Of a stretch of 64,000 nt of DNA, positions 12,753 through 27,650 are shown in pieces (the stretch's first letter is position 1; each line of letters starts with the position of its first letter). Both the position numbers and the translations under genes were made by a program. Source of the DNA: Octopus sinensis (lineage: Eukaryota). The notes under the pieces were generated by a model. The model saw only the letters and a list, made by a program, of their open reading frames with translations, did no database searches and was not told the origin of the DNA. The stretch covers positions 73,904,001-73,968,000 of the forward strand of contig NC_043003.1 of assembly GCF_006345805.1 (NCBI RefSeq), read 5' to 3'.

Positions 12753-12980
12753 TATATATATATGTATGTATATATATATTTATATATATATGTGTGTCTG
12801 TCTGTCTTTGCCCCCACCTAACATCGCTTGACAACCGATGCTGGTGTGTTTACGTCCCCGTAACATAGCACTTGGCAAAATAGGCCGATAGGCTTAAAAA
12901 CAATAAGTCCTAGGGTAGATTTGCTCGACTAAAGGCGGTGCTCCAGCATGACTGAAACGAATAAAAGTGTAAAAGAGTAT
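12638..12980 (+). mobile_element. SINE family A, 5'-truncated, with long internal (TA)n
   Basis: gaaactgaaaaaagcccgtcg-(TA)n-aacatcgcttgacaaccgatgctggtgtgtttacgtccccgtaac...aaaggcggtgctccagcatg. Confidence 0.92.
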
Positions 12981-14724
12981 AGTGGTAGAAATGCAACTAG
13001 TTGTAGTTATCTATTGTAGGATATATTTGCCTGTATCTACGGCAATAGGCTATTGGTAGCTTTATCGATAACAGGACGTGAGAATTAATGTGTGTGTGTA
13101 TATATTGCGCTATTAATTTTGGATATAAAATGAGGTAATCCGTTGTTGAAAGATAATTTAATCCTTCGTTTTACGTTTCTGCACCAGTAAATATCGAGAG
13201 ATACAAAAAGAAAACAAAAGGAAAAAGAATGCTAGTGGAAAGAGGAGTCTACTTGCTGATTATTACGCTCCGTGGATAACGATTTCAGTTCATCTTCACG
13301 GCTGATAACATTTCGCGAAGTACTGAATTCGTACACTTAAAGTTAACTTCCGACATATTAATGCAGGAAATTCTGCTTCTATTGCATGCCGATCGTTCAT
13401 GTATACTTTAATTATATTGTCACTTTGAAACAACTGAATACGGAACTAATTTATTAGCAATTCTATCATGACTGAAGAAATATCTGAATTCAAACTTACA
13501 GGTGATTCTTCATAGCTTATGGAATGCAGCGCTTCCCTGTGTTACAAACAACTCGGTGAATTGCTTGGTAATATTATATTATCTTGCTGTGGCATAGAGA
13601 GAAGTTTAAAATGAGATACACGTGTTTTATACACAAAAATAGATGAATAGAAAAATATATCCATTGTGTTATCTAAACGTGAACAATGGAATGTATAAGG
13701 ATTTTTTTCTTTAAAAGAAGATTGGAAAACTTTTAAAAAACTTAAAAGAATAGCTAACAAAATTGTCGATAATCGCTATGGCATCAAATTATGCTCGTAA
13801 GTATAACACCGATCTATGTTCACCAGGCTATAAGGAAAATGTACGTGTATATGCCTCATTGAGAGATATCTTAAAAATACATAAACTGAGAAAAATCTTG
13901 TCATTTAGTTCGCATAAATATCCACAAATATATGTATAATACATCGAATATATAAAAAAATACTTTTGTGACTCGTTATCATTGCTCAACACGGTTTCTT
14001 TTATTTCACAGGGCTTAAGCGTACAAAAGAATATAATGACAAATTTCATGTGCAATCCACCATGAAATTGCATCAACGAATCATCGCAGTCACGTCTTTG
14101 AAAAGAGTAATGGAAAATTAATTCTATTGCCATTTATTCATGCTTCGTAGTTTCTTATGTGACTCGATAACTCTACTGAGATATATTGCTTCATGTAAAA
14201 TATACGTATAATTTTTTTCCATTTACAATATAAGAAAAATTTCAATAAAACAAATTATATGTGTAGCAGAAATTGTATTTGCCTTTTTTCATTTTTTTAA
14301 CAAAATCTTATTTCACAAATCTGTAATGCTTAGAATTAGATATATAACACAATATGGCATTGTTGGTGAAATTGAATTTTGAGATGTAAAGTATTTCGTT
14401 TAAATATATAACAAATTATTTTACAAATGATAAAAATTCTTCTTTTCAATGAGAAACGAATTGTTTATTTTCTCATTTAGTTCCAGACAACAATGAAATG
14501 TAAAGACGAAGACGTAGAAAAAATCTCGTATTATAAACTACAAGAATAAATAGCATGTTGCAATATGTAGTCTACCACCTCGCACATGTTTACCGACTGA
14601 AATTAATACATTTATGCAATTACAGACGCTGAAAGACATACATTAAATTGACACAAACGTTGTAAATATACATGTAGAGAATAGTAACACGTGCAAAGAA
14701 ATACATACACACACATATGTACGC

Positions 14725-14761
<37 letters not shown>

Positions 14762-15669
14762 GGAAATAAAGCATAGTCTAAAAATTTGGCGGGACAGTAA
14801 TATTTTACGTGATCGCTCTGTATGGCCGGTCAAAAGAGTACAATTGGTTTCACGTCTTTTATTGCAATATAGGTGACCCATGAAACCAGCTGGCGAGTGG
14901 CACGTACCCTCTTTACTAATGCAGGTCAAAATACAGTCTTAGTCAGCTTTGCGGGAAAAAACAACAACCTGAAACAAACTCTAGGAGTCCTGGAACTGCC
15001 TCCTTTTGAATACTTCCATTTCTGTCCGAAAACGGTCAGATAATGTCCCTTTTTCATTCTTAATCAACAAGTAGGGACACCCTCATTTCATTTTCGAAAT
15101 TTCAGTCATGGGACACAAACTAAAAACTTCACATTTGAATTAGGAAGGGACTTCTTAATTCAAATAGCCTACGATGTTGCAGGGGTCTCCCTGTAATCTC
15201 TGCTCTTTTAAACGTCATATATATAGTTGGCCAATGCCATAACTTTGAGAGATCCTAGAAGAGGTCCTGCGGTTAATTAGATTTAGCTTAAAGGTTGGAC
15301 TAGCATATTTCCGTCTGTGTTTCAGTACATTATTGATGTTGCTATTTTTGCTGCTCAGCTACAACTGTTGTTCTTAGTTGTACCACCGAACACGACGACC
15401 GTCTCATAGATCACTGCCTCGGAGTCGTATCGACCGCACCTGCTGGGTATTCACAGTTAGAGCTACACTGGAGCCTGTCTTTGTATGCGGTTTGGAGACC
15501 TACAAATAAATGTACCAATAGGACTGCGTGAAATTCTTATATATGCATCAACTTTGAAAATCATCATTAATAAATTTTGCTTCACCGAAAAAATGCAGTT
15601 TTATCTATGCCTTCCTCTATCATTTTAAAACAGACAAAGCAGTTCTAAGAGAAGTGAAATCTAGAAAGA

Positions 15670-17445
15670 AATATTTAACAATAGTATGACCAGATTATAT
15701 GAAATCAATGACAAGATTTAACTCACATAGATAAGTGAATGTTTGAGTATAATGTGTTACAGAAAATGAAAAGAGAGTTAATTATCTGTAGCATGAATGG
15801 TCAGTAGTTTGATACTCAGGTGACATAGCAGGGGATTTTTCAAGGAGACTCGTTATCTCCTTTAAAATTTGTATTATGCCTAATTCACCTCAGATTAGTA
15901 TTAAGGCAACTGCAGGGTATCAGTTTATGGAGAGGTAAGACAAAATTAACCATATACTCTACATGTATTATCTGAAACTTTTTAGTAAGAATGAAAATAA
16001 GATAGATTCCCTCATACAAACTGCTAGACTGTTTAGCAAAGATACATGCATGGGATGTGGAATAGATAAGTGTGCAACATTTATCATAAAAAGAGACATG
16101 TAGTCAGCAGTGAACACATCCACTTCCCAGATGGTCAGACATTAAAATCAATGAAATAAGGAGAGAGTTATAAGTAAAAAAGGAGCATTAGAATTTGACA
16201 GTACACTAACTAGAAATGAAAACGAAAATTGAGGTGTACATCAGAAGGATGAGTAAGCTAATGAAATGAAAGAAAACTGGTCCGAACGGAATTTAGTGGG
16301 AAGTATCGTTACTTATATATACAGCAGCTTTTGTTTAGATTGGACAAAATCTGAATTAGCAAATCTAGACAGAAAACTAGGAAGGAATCTGATATGAATG
16401 GAAGAATTTATTTAAAAAATGAAAACCAGTAGTAAGAATTTACTTACCTGGAACGGAATGTGGTAGAAACTTAATATCTGTAGAAAATAGCGTTGATTTA
16501 GCTAGAGTAGACATAGCTGCCCATGTAGGTAAATGCGAAGAAGTTTATTCAGAGCTTTTAGAGTAACAGTAGGACATAGGGAAACCAGAAAGCCAAATGA
16601 AGTTAAATAACAGATAAAAGGAAATGGATTATCTGACAGGCAAGAGATTTCTTTGAATGATATATTCTCAAAACTATTAGTAAGAAGTTTGTCCGCAACA
16701 GCACAAGATAAAACATCGAGAATTAATTCGATAAAGGTCAAGAAAGGCAAAAAAGAAACAAATACAAAAAAACAATTAGATTCCGAATATAGGATATGTA
16801 AATCAAAAGAGGAAAATATTATTTACATAAGTGAATGTATCATGCTGACACAAAAAAGAAAAATACAGGAAAACTCATGGTAATCTAGGGATAACAAACC
16901 ACTGGGATTTATGAAAGAAATTAGTAACTGATCATACTGACAAATGGTATGAGCATGAAACTACTAAAATCCTAGAAAGTAAGAAATATAAGATGTAGGC
17001 ATTTAACAATCAGACTAGCAGTGTAATAAAACATAGAAGGTCTGATTTAGTAGTAGTAGACTAAGGGACTAGAAAATGCCAGGCAATTGACTTTACTGTC
17101 TCAAATGACGAGAAAGTAATTATGGGAGGTATACAGAATATGAAGTGAGGGAAAACTAGTCTTTGAGTTACAGCAATAATGGCAAGTGCAGGTAAATGTA
17201 TCCCTGAATTTATAGGTGCGTTTGGTAATATTCCTAAAGATTTGAACAGAAGGATAAAGGAAAAAGGAAATAAATTGAGATTAGTGAAGCTTCAGAAAAC
17301 AGTGTTATTAGGGACAGCTATGATACACAGGAAGGTAATTGGCATCTGAGGTTAATCGCTGTACACCGATGTTAGGAAATTTTCTTTTCCAGCAGTATAA
17401 TCAAATGTGCGTAGAAAAAACAGCAACAACAACAACAGTAAGCCT
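15670..17445 (+). mobile_element. Old R4/Dong-like RLE LINE, 3' half (degenerate)
   Basis: QGDSLSPLKFVLCL (about 15842), INHILYMYYLKLF (decayed YMDD motif), GIDKCA, RLE-like RRSDLVVVD...IDF, terminal LQKTVLLGTAMIHRKV; short (AAC) tail at about 17420-17440. Confidence 0.85.
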
Positions 17446-17545
17446 TTCCACTATAGGCCCAAGACCTGAAATTGTGGGGTAAGGGGTGAGTCAATTATAT
17501 CGGTCCCAGTGTTTCGCTGGTATCTAATTTATCAACCCTGATAGG
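17440..17545 (-). mobile_element. SINE family B 3' fragment
   Basis: ataggcccaagacctgaaatt...gtcaattatatcggtcccagtg...tggtatctaatttatcaaccc is the reverse of the family B tail seen at 24800-25270. Confidence 0.65.
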
Positions 17546-17854
17546 CTACGTCGACTATATAATTTATAATTTTCACTTTAATATTTTACTGAATCAGTCA
17601 TTTTCTCTTAACAATTATTTTCTATTAACTGACGACGTGAATACAGCTTAAATCTTGACAACGAAATGAGTGTGACTGATGAGTGTTAACTCATTCTGAA
17701 TTCATCGATGGTTTCATACTCCTCGCTTGCGTAGCGTGATGGCCTCCATTGACAGTCAATAGATAAGTGCTAAGTTCGTGTCTCAGAGTTCTTTTAACTC
17801 TAGCAATGCTGGCGCTGAATCGTTCCCTTAGTCACATTAGTGGACAATTGTGCT

Positions 17855-17906
<52 letters not shown>

Positions 17907-17929
17907 TGTGTGTTTATGTGTATATATAG

Positions 17930-19900
17930 TGTAAATTGGGACACAGGCACAGCTCCTAAACTAGGTATAGCAGATAGGGTAGAAACCCTGGCGAAGAAAG
18001 ATGCCTTCAAATCTATCAACGATCATAAGCGTAGCAATATCTCGATCCCTAAAGTCTGATAAATCTGGTGAAGTCTGAGATCAGTCACTCGGGTAAACAG
18101 CTCATCAGGAAGATCTGTAACGGCATTAGAAACGCCTCTGACTTCGCCCTATTGCGCAGCAACAACGATGTCCTTAATGGTCTAAGGCCAACTGCACCAG
18201 GGGTAGAGCTAGGTTTATTTGATATAGTGGACTTCTAATCATCTATTGGATATAGTGAACTTCTACCCATCTATATTATGGGAGATCCTGTTAAAGGCAC
18301 TGAACTTCACTAGAACCTATACTGAGGACAAAAACCGGGATATAAGCATTAATATGCACGCAGGAAGAACCCTACTCTCCAGTAAGCGGTCTGCTTAGAT
18401 CAAACGCACTGATCCAGGGGGCTCTTTCAACGTAGCAATGGGTGTTGTTGACAGTGCGGACGTATGTGACCTAGTCGGTTTCCTCATCATAGACATACTT
18501 GAAATGAAGTTTCCTTCAGCTAGCTTTGGCCTCTACAAGGTCTATGTGCTGGCAACATAAAAAGGAGCTAACGGCCACACGCTAGATAGGCTCAGAAAGG
18601 ACCTCACACGCACTATGAATTCCCTCGAACTGAAGGTCACTATAGAGACCAACCTAAACAAATGTAGAATCAGGTGACTATATGCTGTTTAGGAAATCAA
18701 ATGTGAAGTTGTCTTAGATTAACACAAGTTCCTGCCATCATTCCATAGCGGCCAGGAACCTAGTTTAAAGCGTCAGGAGGATAATTTCTAGCTCGTATTC
18801 AGGCAGAGAGATATTCGATGCTGCTGCCCCGTAGTATGACTGGGCTCTGGCTGCCAGCAGTTTCAAGGATAGTATTAGGTACATGCCAGACCTTAGTCCC
18901 ACCAAGAAATAGCAGCACCGGAAAGTGCTGTGGTTCCCACCACCATTCTCTTTAAGCATTAGGATCAGATTAGGTAATATCTTCGTAGGTTTAAATGATA
19001 GACATTTCCTCCGTACCAATTGATTTAAGAAATTATTTAATAGCTATAACCTTCGATTATCCTTTTGTGGTACGCCTAGTGTAAAGACGGTTTTAGTAGG
19101 AAAGCCCAAGGCCGAAACTGAGGATTGATGCTCATGTAGGGGTAACAATATCCCCTAAACGGCCAATGCAATACGGAAAAAGATGTTTACGAGGAAGCAG
19201 TTACAGGAACAGGTCCCAATGGACACCCACGTGTGCGGAAATATGTGGGGACAACTGAATGCCCCTTCAGAACCCACTTTAATAACCACAAGACCTCATT
19301 CAACATCCCAGAGATACATAACGCCTCAACCCTAGCCAAGCGCATCTGAGCTTTAAAAGAAAGTGCCACGGAGTACAGTATAAATTGGAAGATCATAGAA
19401 AGATGCAAGCCGTACTTCAATAGTAGAAGAAAGTGCAGATTATGCTTGGTTGAGAAGAGAGCGATTTCAAAATGTACCGAAGGCCGATTGTTTACTTCAG
19501 TAGCAGGAGTGAGATCTTTAATCCTTATCAGCATGAAAGAAAGCACGGTGTATCGTACTAGCTTGACCCACCATGTCTGCACCACAGGTCCCTGACTCGA
19601 CCTTTCTATAAACGACCTTCAACCAATGAACCTAGTCCCAGCAAACAGAGTTTGAGCACGACACACACCAATGTACCCATATACACATATGCACAACCCC
19701 ATAAGGCGGATGCCCCGCATATAACTATCCCCCATCACATACCCCTTCACAACAATTGTAGCCCCACATATAAACATACCCTTCACACCCACATTATACA
19801 TTTCATACAGCACACTAATATAAAAGCACATTTCTTTATGTAAAAATCGATAAAAAGAGTACTCCATCTAATGAGAGTCTAATGTTACTATAAATGCTTC
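17930..19900 (+). mobile_element. Penelope-like element (Naiad-like RT and C-terminal GIY-YIG), degenerate
   Basis: GSFNVAMGVVDSADVCDLVG...GLYKVY...DRLRKDL...LKVTIETNL (18420-18660), CSCRG..PLNGQC (about 19130), KYVGTTECPFRTHFNNHKTSF...WKIIERCKPY...KCRLCLVEK (19235-19460). Confidence 0.85.
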
Positions 19901-19910
19901 GTACTATATG

Positions 19911-20335
<425 letters not shown>

Positions 20336-20339
20336 TAGT

Positions 20340-20680
20340 TTTTAAATAAGTCCCTCCGATATGGAGCAGAGGTCTCGGCAAACATTAGTATCAATGTTTT
20401 CACTGATAAGGAAATCTAGATTGCATTATGCGAAGGGAATTTCAAAAGAACAGTGACCCAATCATATTGCATTCTACCGCCATAATGCGAAGAGTAAAGC
20501 TACAAAGTTGGCGATCCGCATTTGGGAACTGAAAACGAACAATATTTTATACATTATCAAATGGAAAATAATAGAAAATCCTAAGCAATATATTAATGGA
20601 TTCAACAAATGTAGGCTTTGCTTGGCTGAAAGGCGCAGATTTTATTCAAATAAAGTATTCCAAACTCAATTTTGAACACA
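20340..20680 (+). mobile_element. PLE GIY-YIG endonuclease fragment
   Basis: KATKLAIRIWELKTNNILYIIKWKIIENPKQYINGFNKCRLCLAER. Confidence 0.8.
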
Positions 20681-21427
20681 TGGTCTTATATATTGTTTGC
20701 GTGTAAACATATTTCTAACTATATTCTTTAAAAAAATTTAGAAGATTTCACCGATAATGAACTGAACAACTTTTTTTTCTAAAAATTATTTTCTCAATAT
20801 AATTCTGAAATATTTTCTGTCATTTCCTTTCTGAATAATATCGACCTTCAAATTTTCCTCTCATATTTCAACGATTTCTGTATATTCTCTACCAGATTTT
20901 CCTACTTATATTTACACTATTATTTTAATATTTATTTTTTAATATATATTTAATATAACTTGTATAGTATATATACTGTGTGTAGCTTTGAGTATGCATG
21001 AGTTTGTATGGTCTTTGGTGTCTTTTGAATCTTCGTATATATATTTCAGTTTTTGTTATATATATTTATATTTCGTATTTTCTTCATACTTTTCATGTTC
21101 ATTCAAGCATTTATAGGTTTTTGAAAATTATATTTTAATATATCTTTTAATATATATTTAACATACCCTTTAAGTTTTTATATATAATTTTCAATTATTT
21201 ATTTATAATTTTTTGAAAATATTTTCTTTTTTTTTATTCTTCATTCACCCATCTTTGTGGAAGCTTCATTTAGGTACATTTTGCCTTCGTATCGCTTCAC
21301 ATCTGTCCTCTATCTAAACGCAAACCTCTTGTTTGGAAAGTTCAATCAGCGCCTGCAGAAAGTACTTAAGTACGTTAAATTACTAGTAGCGCATATAATG
21401 CGTGTAGTAGAAAGCATTTATAGTAAT

Positions 21428-21438
21428 ACACACACACA

Positions 21439-21469
<31 letters not shown>

Positions 21470-21489
21470 CACCACACATATATATATAT

Positions 21490-21545
<56 letters not shown>
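21428..21545. repeat. (CA)n/(TA)n microsatellite
   Basis: Direct inspection. Confidence 0.95.
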
Positions 21546-23169
21546 GTCTGTGTAAGTGTATATACAATTACACACGTTCACAATAATACATAAACTCATA
21601 TTACTGATTTTGTGCATGAACAAGTCTATAATTGCAAGTGTGTCGAAATTCAAGCCGTCACGGTGCGGCAAGCAATTGAAGAAAATATGGGGGAAAAATC
21701 GCAGATACAAAATTCTCTTTATTATTTATCGTCAAGAAATGAACGTGGTTTCCTCATGACCGATGGGTGATCTTCAACTAATATTAGTATTATATTATCC
21801 TCAAATTTATGATACCAGTCTGCTAACATGTGAAACAAGTAGGCAGAACGCAGAATGTAAAGACCTTAAAGTAAGAAGACCAATCTTATACACTTTTGCA
21901 CAGCCAGAATGAAGACAAGAGGAAGACTTCATTTAGTAATTCGTTCGACGAATACTGTGTAAAGATATTGTAGATAGTTAAACAATATAGCGCATTGCCT
22001 TTGTTGAGAACTACGTACGAGTTAAGAGTTGTGTGTGTGTGTGTATGTGTGTGTGCGTGTGTGCGATTAAGAGGTGGATTTCCGGTTTTGATCCAATTAC
22101 ATGAAACTATGTCCTTGTTCTAATTATACCATAAATTTTGACGATGAAGTGGAATCTTGATGCTTGGAGAGCAATTGTGGATGTGTGTGCAGACACTAAA
22201 CTTTCCTCCACGCCTTGTGATGCAGAAATCAGCATTTAGTCCTTGAGTTCTCTTTTGTCTAGTTCTGTGAGTGTATTGAGATTACGTATCAAATTTGACC
22301 TGTCTTCCTGCCTTTTTGCTGGAAATTCTTGTAAATTCTGATGATAATTGTTTTTCTCCATTGCATAAATGAACAGCTATCTTCTGAGGAACTATCGTTG
22401 TGTAAAATATAATACTGTGTGTAATCTAAATGAACCCTGCGTTATAATGATGTATGCATCAACGAAAGTAGAAGTGCCTGTTTCTATCCTGTGAAGCGTA
22501 AGTAAACGTTTCCGAAGTTTGAAAATCATATTCTCAAGTGTTGAATAGAGATAATATTAGTGGCAAATAGCATGGCGTTTCGTGTGATAAAACATATTGC
22601 GAACATAAATGTTAAATATAGCACAGGAAGCATTAGCGAATAGTCGTAAAGGTATCTCCGTAAAAAAATATTGTTTTGAAGAGGTTACTGCGCCATAAAC
22701 TAAGATGAATTTGATGAAGGAAGCTGCAAACGGAACTTAAGCGGAGGATTAAATGATGAAGTAAATATCGACAAATGTTATAACGTTTAATCATGATTAA
22801 AAGTTGGAATCTGATCTATTCCCACTCAAAGTGGCAATATTCGTATGTATACCTCGTTGAGCAATCTCTCTCAGTTTTAAAATAAATATCCTTAAATATT
22901 ATTTATTCTCACTAATATATTCATACTATAAAACAGTCTTTCCGTCAGTTGTAATTGTTGCTCAACAGAGAAGGTGGGGGGGTCTTGTATTTTGCATATT
23001 TTAGGATATTGGGAGAAAGACAACGGCACGTATTGTGTGAAACTATTTCAGTAGTTGTGTTATACAATGGTAATAAATATAGTAATAAAAAATACTTTTC
23101 CAGTACTTCTTGTGTCATAGTTTAGATCTAAACTGATATTTCAATGTTTTCATTAACTTAATTAAACAT

Positions 23170-23548
23170 AGCGTAGTAGTGGTTGTGTGGTAAGTACCTT
23201 GCTTACGAACCACATGGCTCCGGGTTCAGTCCCACGAGCAATTGTCTTCTACTATAGCCTCGGGCTGACCAAAGCCTTGTGAGTGGATTTGGTAGGCGGA
23301 AACTAAAAGAAGTCCGTCGTATATATGTATATATACATATATATGTATGTGTGTGTGTATGTGGTCCTCCAACATCGCTTGACAACCGATGCTGGTGTGT
23401 TTACGTCCCCGTAACTTAGCGTTCGGCAAAAGAACCGATAAAATATGTACTAGGCTTACACAGAATAAGTCCTGTGGTCGATTTCCTCGCCTAAAGGCGG
23501 TGCTCCAGCATGGCCACAGTCAAATGACTGAAACGAGTAAAAGAGTAT
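23170..23548 (+). mobile_element. SINE family A, near full length
   Basis: tRNA-like head gtggttgtgtggtaag...gggttcagtccc, central region, short TA/TG tract, 3' tail gactgaaacgagtaaaagagta. Confidence 0.93.
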
Positions 23549-23799
23549 AGCAATACTTAATTCATTTTTGAATGATAGTTTGAAACTAAAAGGATTAGTG
23601 ACACAAAGTGTGGGTAGATTTGGTTACAATAGACATATCTGTATTTACATTCTATTTATCAAACACATTTCACAAATAGATAACTATTGTATGGAAAGTC
23701 ATTTTTTTATGGTGTCTTAGTGAAAATGAATGTTGTGCATTAATGAATACCCATCTCTTATAATATATATTGTATATTGTAGTTATGAGTTAAAAAAAA

Positions 23800-24150
23800 A
23801 TATCTTTTACGTCTTTCAGTAATTAGAATTCGGCCATTGTGGGGCACGGCCTTGTATAATTTTAGTCGAACGAATTGTCGAAGTATTTATCTTTTGAAGT
23901 TTGAAACATATTCTATGGGAATTTTTGCCGAACCTCTAGGCTACGGGCACGAAAACATAAGAACACCTGTTGCCATGTGGTTGCGGAGAACAAGCACAGA
24001 CTCAAAGATTCATACATATACGCAGGAGTGCGCGCAATCACACACTTATTCCCTACCGGCTTATCTCAGCTCCATCTGACAAATCCCCTCACAAGGCTTT
24101 GGTCGGCCTGAGGCTATACTAGAAAACACTTGCTCAAGTTGTCATGCTCG
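23800..24150 (-). mobile_element. SINE family A, diverged antisense copy
   Basis: ctcacaaggctttggtcggcctgaggctatactagaaaacacttgc and ttttgccgaacctctaggctacggg are reverse complements of family A segments. Confidence 0.8.
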
Positions 24151-24644
24151 AAGCGACGTATAGAATATATTCTAGTATTATCTAAAAGAAATGCAGGCTT
24201 CAAAAAATCCGATCACATTCCTAACAAAGTAAAAAGTACAGAACATTAGCAAACACTGGGTGATACGTGAAAGGTGTGTAATGCATGGGAAATTATATGC
24301 CCATTATAACATAAGAGGTTTTCACAGACGTTTCTGAGAGTGGTAGTTATAAGTAAATCAGAAATGAGGTTGAGAGGTTTATCAGTTCCAGCATAATCAA
24401 TATAGGCTAATGTTGATGTATTCCCGCCTATGTGTAGGTGTTATCATTTAACTCTTGAAGTGTGTTTAAATTTGTATTTTAAAATACATTTTCTTACCTC
24501 CGTAAAACTTTATTCGTCATATTATTATCCTGTCCAATATTCAATTGCATAAAATATTTTAAGCACTCTAATCCGAAGTTATAAATTTGTGATATGAATA
24601 GTCGGTATCACTGAAGCGATTTCTTCCGTGAATATTTCAACAAT

Positions 24645-25270
24645 CAAAAACAGCGAGTTGGCAGAATCGTTACCGCGCCAAGGCGGCGAGCTGGCAGAGA
24701 CGTTAGCACCTCGGGCGAAATGCTTGGCAGTATTTCGTCTGCCGCTAGGCTCTGAGTTCAAATTCCGCCGAGGTCGACTTTGCCTTTCATCCTCTCTGAG
24801 TCGATTAAATAAGTACCATTTACGCACTGGTGTCGATATAATCGACTTAATCCGATTGTGTTTCCTTGTTTGTCCTACCCCTTTGTAGGTAGTAAAGAAA
24901 TGGGTATTTCGTCTTTCTTTACGTTCATAATTCAAATACCACCGAGGTCGACTTTGCTTTCATCATTTCGGAATAGATAAATCAAGTACCAGATGAGTAC
25001 TGAGGTCGATCTAATCGATGCCCCCCATCAAAAAAAAAAAAAAAAATCCGAGCCTTGCGCCTATTGTAGAAAAGAATCGTTACCACGCCAGAAAAAAAAA
25101 ATGCTTACAGGCATTTCTTCTGTCTTAAACGTCTGAGTTCAAATTCGTCCAAGTTCGATTTTGGCTTTCCTCCCTTCATGGTCGATGATATATATACCAG
25201 TTGAACACTGGGGCGGATGTAATCGACTTAGCCCTGCACTAAAATTGCTGGCTTTGTGCCAAAATTCGAA
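24645..25270 (+). mobile_element. Head-to-tail cluster of 3-4 SINE family B units
   Basis: ggcggcgagctggcaga...tgagttcaaattccgccgaggtcgactttgcctttcatcc...aagtacca...ggtcgat..aatcgac recurs at about 24683, 24935 and 25130, with an extra partial head at about 24648. Confidence 0.9.
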
Positions 25271-26345
25271 TTGCAACATTTCATTAACTTTACGTATAAA
25301 AGTGTCACATCTCTGAAGATTTTACACTAAATAAATTTTCATTATATAATTCACATTGCGTTATTATCAATTATTTTAGCTAATGAAATCTACACCAATT
25401 ATATAATATATCATATAATACAATTTTACATATTTTTCTACATGCATTCTTTTAACCTATTTCAACAATACATTCATACCAAATATAGCGAGTACATTAA
25501 AACTAATGGGAATACAAAATGAGATCAAAATGCTGTTCATGAAGAGCGCAACCCAGATAGATTGAAAATGTGTTACGCTGAAGGAATTACAAGCTTTAAA
25601 ATATATGCTAAATAGAGAAAAAAATATCTGTACAAGCATCTTTAAAATTTAGCTACATAACAATAACATTGATTTTAGATATTGATTGTTAGAAAAATGA
25701 CTTGAGCACCTAGATTTAATTACGGAACATGTTTGTAGGAGATATTTCCCGTTTTCATTAGTTCGTATTTGTTTAATTTTGGAGTAAATATTATTTAATA
25801 ATATAAGAAGTGCGCATCGATTATAGTTCGTATTTTCATTTATTATAGTTGTATTATCTCCAATTAACATTTATATTGGACTTAATTTCTATACATAAAA
25901 AATGTGAAGTGTTCACTTCTTAAATGGTCCACTTAAAGATAACAGTCAGATTATTTATTTATAATGCCATGACTATTGGTGCGTCTGCAATTGTAGTGTG
26001 ACCTCAATAAGTCCATTTTGATTACTATTGCAGATCATACAGCTACACGTTTCAGGATTACATACATATATACATACATAGGTACATACTCACACACAGT
26101 AACAGACACACACACACACACTAACACATTTTGTTCTGTTCGGGAGTCATTACTCCAGCATTACTAAAACACTCATAGGTTCAATTCCACTTCTCTATTG
26201 TTAGTCAATCGGTTAAATATCTATCGTTCTCTTCCCCATCACCGCTCTCGTCACTTCTCACTTCCTCATCTCCTTTCTGTCCCGCCCGCCCGTTTTCCTT
26301 TCTTTCTCTCCTCCTTTTTCACGTTGTCTCTACAATTACCTATGT

Positions 26346-26350
26346 AGATA

Positions 26351-26429
<79 letters not shown>
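26346..26429. repeat. (TA)n microsatellite
   Basis: Direct inspection. Confidence 0.97.
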
Positions 26430-26437
<8 letters not shown>

Positions 26438-26449
26438 ACATAGGTATAA

Positions 26450-27650
26450 TATACCAGTTTGGTGTACGACACATCAGTTTTTTGCATTTCCAGATATTTC
26501 TGCGCTGCGTTCATCTCGATACTATCGACCTTTCCTAGTCGACAAAATCACCGTACATGGGCACCATGCATTCTTCCACTTGTCTGGCTTAGAACAAATA
26601 CGTTACTGTAGAACTTTCAGAAACACGACTGCTCTTTTGGCTGCAGCTCATCGAAGTGGTTCGATTTTCTGGTGGTTACGATCTTCATAAAACAATTTAT
26701 ATAGGTCAGAAAAAATGCATGTTGACTGGTAATTTCTTACATCTTTATGGCCCTTCTTATGAAAGATGATGATATTCTGCTCGTTTTACCGCGAGAATAT
26801 CTTACCCTCGTTCAGATAGCGTTTGCAGTCTATAACGAAGACTTTTCCTAGATCTCCGCTCCTTAGCATTTCTGTTGCTATGTCATCTTTTTCTGTACCT
26901 TTGTCTGTTTCTTTTTTCAGCTTAAGAGCTGAACTTTTAGGACGTGATACATCGATCTCCTCTGATAGTTCAAAATGGTTAGTGCAGAAAGTCTTGCATT
27001 TGTCTCCCACGCCTCTTTTGTTTGTCTCAGTGAGTCGGTTCTTAAGTGCCGTGACCTCTGACCTGTACAGTGCTATCTCTAATCTGCATCTTTTAAATTT
27101 TTCCATTTGCCTGTAATCTATACCAGCATCATTAATCTATTATTAAAGAAGTCATCTTCTGGATATTGTCTGGTCACTTTACAGAGAACGGAACGCTCGA
27201 TGTGAACATTGATGTCCCTCTTCACAGTTTCCTATTTCTCTTCTATCTTCTTCGTGTCCTCTAATGTTTTTCCGTTTGAAACTCGCTGGTTTGCAGTTCC
27301 AGCTTTTAACATGCAGCTTTATGGACAAGTGAATGGTAGTCTGCATCAGCCTCATCAGGTTCACTTCAATCTTCCTTCTTCATAACAACTACGTCACTTC
27401 GAAGGTCCTAGGGCTTTATTTCGTCATGGAGATATGCACAACCTCCTTCTGTCTGATATCGTTGATCGCAGTTTTTACCTCCAGTAAGCGATGGTCGCTC
27501 CCGCTTTGAATGGTGATTTCACGTAGACGTGCTGCTATATTTTTAGTTAATCGACCAGGATATAGTCAGTTTCGTATCTGTACTGAACACTTCAGGTTAT
27601 CCACGTCTTTTGCTCCCGTAAAAGACTATTCCCAATAGAATATCTTCTTG
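26450..27650 (-). mobile_element. RTE-clade LINE fragment (end of APE domain and start of RT)
   Basis: Minus: TDYILVD...SGSDHRLL (APE C-terminal motifs, about 27480-27560), then DDIATEMLRSG, IIFHKKGHKDVRNY and FDELQPKEQ, typical of RTE ORF2. Confidence 0.8.

Noticed and set aside
12581-12834. Many (YI)n ORFs (also near 29.8k, 45.5k, 47.3k, 53.3k and 63.5k)
   Set aside because: Translations of (TA)n repeats.
17626-17700. CTGACGA...GAAAT and CTGATGA hammerhead-like words
   Set aside because: No convincing helix II or stem I pairing.
22130-22360. Minus-strand segment with an LDKRELKD, neuropeptide-like dibasic site
   Set aside because: In-frame stops, and no signal peptide or repeated peptide.
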